This document shows, piece after piece, positions 57,698 to 64,000 of a DNA stretch of 64,000 nucleotides. Position 1 is the stretch's first letter, and each line of letters starts with the position of its first letter. The notes under the pieces were generated by a model. It ran no database searches and had not been told where the DNA came from. It saw only the letters and a list, made by a program, of their open reading frames with translations. The translations under genes were made by a program, and so were the position numbers. The stretch lies in NCBI GenBank assembly GCA_963737265.1, contig CAVTRY010000023.1:1-64000 (forward strand), given 5' to 3'. Source of the DNA: an uncultured delta proteobacterium. GTDB lineage: Bacteria > Myxococcota_A > Polyangia > Fen-1088.

Positions 57698-60682
57698 ATG
57701 CGGAGCTTGGAAGCGATCAAAGAGTTGGTGCAGAAGTTCGACCAGAACAAGGAATCGTACCTCAGCCCTTCCTACAGCGAGGCGCAGCTCCGCATCGAGT
57801 TCCTCGACCCGTTCTTCGAGGCGCTCGGCTGGGACGTGACCAACAAGCAGGGCCTTGCCGAGGCCTATAAGGAGGTGATTCACGAGGACGCCGTGAAGGT
57901 GGGCAGTGCGACGAAGGCGCCCGACTACTCTTTCAGGATCGGCGGCGTGCGGAAGTTTTTCGTGGAAGCCAAGAAGCCTTCCATCGACATCCACGACGAT
58001 CCAAGCCCGGCGTTTCAACTCCGGCGCTATGCCTGGTCGGCCAAGTTGCCGCTTTCGATCTTGACCGACTTCCAGGAATTCGCGGTCTACGACTGCCGGC
58101 TCAAGCCCGCGGTATCGGACAAGGCATCCGCCGGCCGCGTCGCATACTTCAAGTTCGCCGACTACGAATCACGCTGGGATAGCGTGCTCAGCGCGTTCTC
58201 GAAGGACGCCCTTCTCCGCGGCGCCTTCGACAAGTTCGCCGCCGAGAGCAAGACGAAGAAAGGCACGGCCGAGGTCGACGATGCCTTCCTTGAGGAGATC
58301 GAGCAATGGCGCGACCTTCTCGCCCACAACCTCGCCCGACGAAACCCACGACTGACCCAACCAGAACTGAACTTCGCCGTTCAGCGCACGATTGACCGAC
58401 TTGTCTTCCTGCGAATCTGTGAAGACCGCGGCATGGAGAACTACGGCAAGTTGCTCGGCTACTCCAACGGCGAGAACGTCTACAAGCGGTTGTGCGCCGC
58501 CTTCCGCGAAGCAGATGATCGCTACGACTCCGGACTGTTTCATTTTTGCGAGGAGAAGGAACGCGACGAGGTCCCGGACGGGCTCACCCTGTCGCTCAGC
58601 ATCGACGACAAGGTGCTCAAGGATCTCATCCGTCGCATGTACTACCCGGAGAGCCCCTATGAATTTTCCGTACTTCCGGCAGACATCCTGGGCCAGGTCT
58701 ACGAGCAATTCCTGGGCAAGGTGATACGCCTGACCGATGGTCACCAGGCACGCATCGAAGACAAGCCAGAGGTGAAGAAGGCAGGCGGCGTCTACTACAC
58801 GCCCACCTATATCGTGGAGTACATCGTCAAGAACACCCTCGGCAAGTTGCTCGAAGGGAAGACGTCCAAGGAAGCGGCAAAGATGCGCGTTCTCGATCCC
58901 GCTTGTGGATCCGGTTCGTTCTTGATTGGCGCCTACCAGTTCCTTCTCGACTGGCACAGGGATTGGTATATCGGCGACGATCCCCAGAAATGGGCCAGAG
59001 GGAAAACACCGGCCTTGTACCAAACGCGGGCGAACGAGTACCGACTCACGGCCGCCGAGCGCAAGCGAATCCTGCTGAACAGCATCTACGGGGTGGACAT
59101 CGATTCGCAAGCCGTGGAAGTGACAAAGCTGTCGCTCCTTCTCAAGGTTCTTGAGGGAGAGAACGAAGAGAGCATCAACCAGCAATTGCGGCTATTCCAT
59201 GAGCGGGCGCTGCCGGACCTTGGGAGAAACATCAAGTGTGGGAATGCCCTGATTGGCCCTGACTTCGGGCTGTCGGAAGCCATCGATCCAATTCAGATCA
59301 ACGCCTTTGACTGGCAGGCTGAGTTCCCGGAACTGCTTCGCGGGGGTGGGTTCGACGTTGTGCTTGGCAATCCTCCCTACGTCAGAATTCAGGGATTCCC
59401 AAAGGCTCAAGTTGAGTACCTGACAACGCACTATCAGGCAGCGACGGGCAACAGCGACATCTACGTCAGCTTTGTAGAACGAGGATGTCGGCTGCTTCGC
59501 AAGGGCGGACGAATGGGATTCATTCTTCCGAACAAGTTCTTTCGCACGGACTACGGGACCGGCCTTCGCGGCTTCCTCTCCGGTCGAAGGGCGGTTCATC
59601 GAATCGTAGATTTTCAGGCTGGACAGGTCTTTTCATCCGCCACGACCTACACGTGTCTCCTATTTTTGGGTGGTGAGGCGGCCGAAGCATTCGAGCATTC
59701 GGTGTCAGAGCCGAGCGCAGCCGGGCTTGCTGCTGCTAGATTCTCCAAACGAAAAGCCGAAGAACTCAGCTCCTTGCCTTGGAGTCTTGCCGACAGTCGA
59801 CACGAATCACTGCTTGCAAAACTGCAAACCGGCACTGTCCGACTCCTCGAAGTGCCATCGGAAATGAGCCGCGGGAGCAGCACGGGCTGTGACGAGGTCT
59901 TCATCATCGAGAATGGCCAAGTGGATATCGAGAAAGAAATCCTTCGTCGGCCGATATTTGCTAGCGACTTCGGGCGCTACCGATTCAATCCACGTGGCAA
60001 CCAGAGGGTCATTTTCCCGTTCGCGCGAGAGGGAACTGGTTTCCGACCGTTGCGCGAGAATGAGCTGCGCGAGCAATTTCCAAAGGCTTTCGCCTACCTT
60101 CGAGAGAACGCACCCAAGTTGCGAAAGCGCAAGCAATTCCGCGACTGGTTTGGATGGAGCGCAGCTCGGAATCTGGAAATTCACGAGCGCGCAAGCCTCC
60201 TTGTGCCCCTGTTGGCCGATCATGGTTTGTTTGCAGCGATTCCCGACAACGTACGAGGCAAGGTGTGCCTAATGGCGGGCGGTGGCTTCAGCATAACCGC
60301 GGGGGCTGGCTGCGCAGCCCAACCGGAATTCATCCTCGCGTTGCTCAACTCGAAATTGCTCTTTTGGAGGTTGCGCGGTCTGAGCAATCTTTTTCGCGGT
60401 GGCTGGATCACCTGTACGAAACAATACTTTGGTGAATTGCCGATTCGGCTTCCCGACTTGTCCAGAACCGGCGAACGTGCAACGCATGATCGTCTGGTTG
60501 AATTGGCGTGGCAGATGACTTCCATGAATTTGGCTCTGGCGGATACCCGGCTTGAGCATGAACAGCACGTCATCACGCGAAGGATCGCAGCAACCGATAT
60601 CGAGATTGATCGCCTTGTCTACGAGTTCTACGGCTTGAACGAAGCCGAAATCGGTCTGGTCAACGAAGTGCCGGACAAATGA
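57698..60682 (+). CDS. Type IIG restriction-modification enzyme (fused nuclease - N6-adenine methyltransferase - TRD)
   Basis: PDY...VEAKK nuclease, GVYYTP, VLDPACGSGSFL, GNPPY, C-terminal LNS...ID.LVYE.YGL. Confidence 0.92.
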   Translation: MRSLEAIKELVQKFDQNKESYLSPSYSEAQLRIEFLDPFFEALGWDVTNKQGLAEAYKEVIHEDAVKVGSATKAPDYSFRIGGVRKFFVEAKKPSIDIHDDPSPAFQLRRYAWSAKLPLSILTDFQEFAVYDCRLKPAVSDKASAGRVAYFKFADYESRWDSVLSAFSKDALLRGAFDKFAAESKTKKGTAEVDDAFLEEIEQWRDLLAHNLARRNPRLTQPELNFAVQRTIDRLVFLRICEDRGMENYGKLLGYSNGENVYKRLCAAFREADDRYDSGLFHFCEEKERDEVPDGLTLSLSIDDKVLKDLIRRMYYPESPYEFSVLPADILGQVYEQFLGKVIRLTDGHQARIEDKPEVKKAGGVYYTPTYIVEYIVKNTLGKLLEGKTSKEAAKMRVLDPACGSGSFLIGAYQFLLDWHRDWYIGDDPQKWARGKTPALYQTRANEYRLTAAERKRILLNSIYGVDIDSQAVEVTKLSLLLKVLEGENEESINQQLRLFHERALPDLGRNIKCGNALIGPDFGLSEAIDPIQINAFDWQAEFPELLRGGGFDVVLGNPPYVRIQGFPKAQVEYLTTHYQAATGNSDIYVSFVERGCRLLRKGGRMGFILPNKFFRTDYGTGLRGFLSGRRAVHRIVDFQAGQVFSSATTYTCLLFLGGEAAEAFEHSVSEPSAAGLAAARFSKRKAEELSSLPWSLADSRHESLLAKLQTGTVRLLEVPSEMSRGSSTGCDEVFIIENGQVDIEKEILRRPIFASDFGRYRFNPRGNQRVIFPFAREGTGFRPLRENELREQFPKAFAYLRENAPKLRKRKQFRDWFGWSAARNLEIHERASLLVPLLADHGLFAAIPDNVRGKVCLMAGGGFSITAGAGCAAQPEFILALLNSKLLFWRLRGLSNLFRGGWITCTKQYFGELPIRLPDLSRTGERATHDRLVELAWQMTSMNLALADTRLEHEQHVITRRIAATDIEIDRLVYEFYGLNEAEIGLVNEVPDK

Positions 60683-61179
60683 CCAGCACCGAGGGTGCCA
60701 CGCTGACCACCCTCCGCCGGCCTTCGCGAATTGGCCGCTGCGGCCGAGCAGATCCTTCGAGCCGACGATCTGCCCGCCGGACCGCATGCGAACAAGTAGC
60801 CTCAAAGGCAAGTGGTTCGCGGTACGTTCACCCCTGAAAAACAAGGGCAGGTGCTGGCCGCACTTCCAACCATCGCCAGCGAGAGACCACGCCCCGAGAT
60901 CGGATCCCTGACCATTTCGCCACTGCCAGGGATCAAGCTGGGCGAGATCCGCCGGGCAGTCGAGCGGCTCAGGGTGGAACAAGGTGGGCACGCCATTTGG
61001 TCATTCAATATTGCCTACAGCGGACGCATCTTCGCCTACGCCCTCACCAACACCCACGACCCTAAGGAGTTTGAGCGGCTCGCCCGAGCAAAGGTTCTCG
61101 GTGATTCCCGTTCCGCGAAGTTCAACCCGGCCCGCTCGGCTGTTGGTCCCCACCTGAGCAGGCGTTCGCTATCCACATC

Positions 61180-61451
61180 GGATGCCGAAGATGACCTGGT
61201 ATCAGGCGACCCGGCACACCTTTGCGTCACAATGGGTCATGGGCGGCGGGGCCATCGAGAAGCTGAAAGAGATCCTAGGACATTCCACGGTGCAGATGAC
61301 AGAACGGTACGCCCACCTCAAGACAGACTTGTTTGGCGCCCGCGACCTTGGCACTATCGCGGTCGACCTGCGGGCCGGATCGACCGAAACCGGTACCGTT
61401 GGTTACGCTGTGGCTACGGCCTCCGCGTCAGAAGAGAAGAAGATAGCCTAA
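61180..61451 (+). pseudogene. Tyrosine integrase C-terminal fragment
   Basis: TRHTFAS...LGHS...TERYAH catalytic motifs; N-terminal part absent. Confidence 0.85.
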
Positions 61452-61470
61452 GTAGTTGAAATTAAAGCAC

Positions 61471-61552
61471 GCGGGAATGGCGGAACTGGTAGACGCGCCA
61501 GACTTAGGATCTGGTTTCGAAAGAAGTGGAGGTTCGAGTCCTCTTTCCCGCA
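61471..61552 (+). tRNA. tRNA-Leu (anticodon TAG)
   Basis: Acceptor GCGGGAA/TTCCCGC-A, D-loop TGGTAGAC, CCAGA-CTTAGGA-TCTGG, long variable arm, GGTTCGAGTCC; CCA not encoded. Confidence 0.95.
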
Positions 61553-61847
61553 CTGAAGAACTGTCCAAAAATTGGACAGTTCTTCAGCAGCCGAGCCAAG
61601 GGCTCGGCCGCAGGTGGGGTGAAGTCCGCGAATTTACTTTGCGGACGAGGGGAGGGCAGCGGCCCTCCCTTCAAAAATCTTCAAGACGGGTCCATTTATG
61701 GACACGTCTTGAGAAGTCCTTGTTTTTGTGGGCTTTTAATAGGTGAAAAACTGCTCCAGCATGAGTGCTCCTTCCTGGCCAAATCCTGGCCTCAAACTGG
61801 CGAGCGTGAAAGCCCTTCCAGGCTTTCCATGGTAGGAGGCTTCGGTC

Positions 61848-63242
61848 GTGCAGATTGAGCCTCGCAAGGACGCGCTGGTTGGCACCGTGCTAGAGGGTGC
61901 CTACCGCATCACCCGTCTGATAGGCGAGGGCGGCATGGGTGCGGTGTACGAGGCCGTGCAGCTTCGCCTGGCCAAGCGGGTGGCGGTCAAGCTGATGGCG
62001 CGCCACCTGGCCGCCGACGAGAAAGCCCTGGCGCGCTTCCATCGCGAGGCCGAGATCACCTCGCACCTCGGGCACCCGCATTTGGTCGCGGTCGTGGACT
62101 ACGGCCAAGCGGAATCGGGCGAGCCCTACTTGGTGATGGAGTATCTCGAGGGCGAGGATCTCGACCACCGCCTGCGGCGCGTGGGGCGCATGCCGATCGA
62201 GTCGGTTGTCCCTGTGGTGAGGCAGGTCGCCTCGGCACTGAGCGCTGCCCACACCCACGGCATCGTTCACCGCGATCTCAAACCCGGCAACATCTTCCTG
62301 GTACAAATACCGGGCGAACCCGATTTCGTGAAGGTGCTCGACTTCGGCGTTTCGAAAATCATGGCGGCACGCACGCGCCTTACCAACGCATCGTCCGCCG
62401 TGGGCACGCCTGCCTACATGTCGCCCGAACAAGCCACCGGCTTGGTCGAAGAGATCGACCACCACGTGGACCAGTGGGCGCTGGCGTGCATCGCCTGGGA
62501 GATGCTGCTCGGCCACCCGCCGTTCGCAGCCGACGACGTGACCGCGCTTCTTTTCCAAATCATCAAGATGGACCCGCATCCGCTGACGCCGCGAGTGCCA
62601 GGCTTGGCGCCCGGTGTAGAGCTGGAGCTGCGCCAGGCACTGGCCAAGCGGCCGGCGGACAGGTTTCCATCCATTCGCGAGTTTTCCCACGCCTTCGAAT
62701 ACGCGGCACTCGGCAGGCCGGTCGACCTGACACCCGAGCCGGTGCAGGTAATGTCCGCTACGCCAAGCGGTGCGATCCTGGACTTCGACGAAACCCAAGT
62801 GTCGAAGATGTCCGCAACGCCTCTCGCACCGCAAAAGCCGAGCGAGGAGCACGTGTCCGTAGCAGCCGCAACGCCTGTAACGCCCGTTGGCATCAAGCCG
62901 GTTCACGCCATCATCGCGGGGGCGGCTGGTGTGCTCCTGCTCATCGGGGCATTCTTGCTGTTTCGTTCGAAACCCGCGCCCGAGCCGGGAACCACTGATA
63001 CGAGCAACCCGGTGGCGACTCCAATGATCGTCGTGCCGATCCGGCCGACGCCAGCACCTCCCGCGATCGTGCCGGAAGCCGCCGCAGTCCAACCAGAGGT
63101 TCGACCGGGGTTGGGCGACCCCACGTCGCCGCGCTCCGAGGCCGTCAAGACCGCGAAGCCCACGTTGCCCGCTCGCCGCGAGAAAGCAAAGCGGCCCACC
63201 TCGGGGTCCAAAACCAAGCGACAGCTCATCAAGCAGCTGTGA
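61848..63242 (+). CDS. Membrane-anchored Ser/Thr protein kinase
   Basis: GEGGMGAV, VAVK, HRDLKPGN, DFG, GTPAYMSPE; TM helix and Pro-rich tail. Confidence 0.95.
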   Translation: MQIEPRKDALVGTVLEGAYRITRLIGEGGMGAVYEAVQLRLAKRVAVKLMARHLAADEKALARFHREAEITSHLGHPHLVAVVDYGQAESGEPYLVMEYLEGEDLDHRLRRVGRMPIESVVPVVRQVASALSAAHTHGIVHRDLKPGNIFLVQIPGEPDFVKVLDFGVSKIMAARTRLTNASSAVGTPAYMSPEQATGLVEEIDHHVDQWALACIAWEMLLGHPPFAADDVTALLFQIIKMDPHPLTPRVPGLAPGVELELRQALAKRPADRFPSIREFSHAFEYAALGRPVDLTPEPVQVMSATPSGAILDFDETQVSKMSATPLAPQKPSEEHVSVAAATPVTPVGIKPVHAIIAGAAGVLLLIGAFLLFRSKPAPEPGTTDTSNPVATPMIVVPIRPTPAPPAIVPEAAAVQPEVRPGLGDPTSPRSEAVKTAKPTLPARREKAKRPTSGSKTKRQLIKQL

Positions 63243-63334
63243 CGCCCTAACCGGCTCAAAGCGGGCGTTCCCGCTAAAGACAGCGCGCCTTGCTACCGAG
63301 ATCTAGGTCGTTCCCGGCGACGGGAAACTTCAGC

Positions 63335-64000
63335 ATGTGCACGACCTACCTCGTTCTCTTTTCGCTTCTCGCGCAGCTCGCGGCGCCTTCCGCCGATCCA
63401 CGGGCCAAGGCTCGGGCGCAGGGCTTGCTCACCGAGGGCTCGGCGCGCTACGAGAAGGGGGACTACGCTGGCGCGCTGGAGAATTTCAACGCGGCCTATG
63501 CCGCCTATCCGTCGCCCAAGCTGTTGTTCAATATCGGGCAAGCGGATCGCGATCTCAGCCGTCCGGTCGAGGCGCTGGATGCCTTCGAGAAATTCTTGGC
63601 CGCGGATACCGATGCGGCGCCCGGAACGACCGCCGATGCGCGCAAGTCCGTGGCTGAACTGCAAGGGAAGCTGGGACAGATCCGCATCGACTGCGAAAAG
63701 GCCGGCGTGGAGGTGAGCGTCGACGGCAAGAGCGTGGGGCTGACGCCGCTGCCCGAGCCGATCTGGGCCACGCCAGGTCACCACCAACTGACCGCCAGGC
63801 AAGCCAGCGCCGCCGTGGCTATCGAAACCGTGGACGTAACGGCCGGCTCGGTGCAAGCCGTGCTCCTGCTGCTCCATCCGCTGGCGGTTCCCATGGCTGC
63901 CAAGCCGATGCGGCCGCTCAAGGCCGCCCAGAACTTCGACCTGGAAACGACTCCGCTGTCAAGCGAGACCACCGCCGGTTGGTGGCTGGGTCGGAAGTGG
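63335..64000 (+). CDS. TPR + PEGA domain protein (runs off window)
   Basis: MCTTYLVLFSLLAQ...G...YEKGDY.GAL..F..AY..YPSPKLLFNIGQ...V.VDGKSVG.TP; open to the window end. Confidence 0.8.
   Translation, partial: MCTTYLVLFSLLAQLAAPSADPRAKARAQGLLTEGSARYEKGDYAGALENFNAAYAAYPSPKLLFNIGQADRDLSRPVEALDAFEKFLAADTDAAPGTTADARKSVAELQGKLGQIRIDCEKAGVEVSVDGKSVGLTPLPEPIWATPGHHQLTARQASAAVAIETVDVTAGSVQAVLLLLHPLAVPMAAKPMRPLKAAQNFDLETTPLSSETTAGWWLGRKW

Noticed and set aside
57698-60682. BREX/DISARM methyltransferase
   Set aside because: No brx/pgl/drm partner genes nearby; a fused N-terminal nuclease fits a stand-alone type IIG enzyme.
60812-61459. 215-aa ORF as an intact gene
   Set aside because: Its 3' half overlaps the integrase remnant in another frame and no motif is recognisable.

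Overview
High-GC window that looks myxobacterial (Polyangia-like), inferred from Ser/Thr kinase + TPR-PEGA pairs, an FHA-sigma54 activator and lipoproteins with Gly/Thr/Ser linkers. It is an accessory, much rearranged region. Mobile and defence content: three IS91/ISCR-like HUH transposases (two 5'-truncated, near-identical copies with tandemly duplicated ori-side ends), an ISL3, five toxin-antitoxin loci or remnants, a group II intron 3' remnant, an orphan 3-repeat type I-E-like CRISPR array, and a type IIG restriction-modification gene plus integrase remnant beside tRNA-Leu(TAG). Other content: a sigma54 two-component system with a TolC/MFP/double-RND efflux operon, a multicopper oxidase, a porin, a CoA-disulfide reductase-rhodanese-TusA-DsrE fusion, and many gene fragments. 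Most notable: (1) a 577-bp transposase-less unit (32062-32638) carrying only a GxxExxY nuclease-fold gene, with 23-bp terminal inverted repeats, a 9-bp target-site duplication and an inner 25-bp inverted repeat, 137 bp from the CRISPR remnant; (2) a lipoprotein with 20 cysteines exactly 7 aa apart in a mirror-symmetric arrangement; (3) shared palindrome pairs upstream of two sigma54 promoters. Several single-base frameshifts may be sequencing errors. All calls come from reading motifs by eye; no database search was run.
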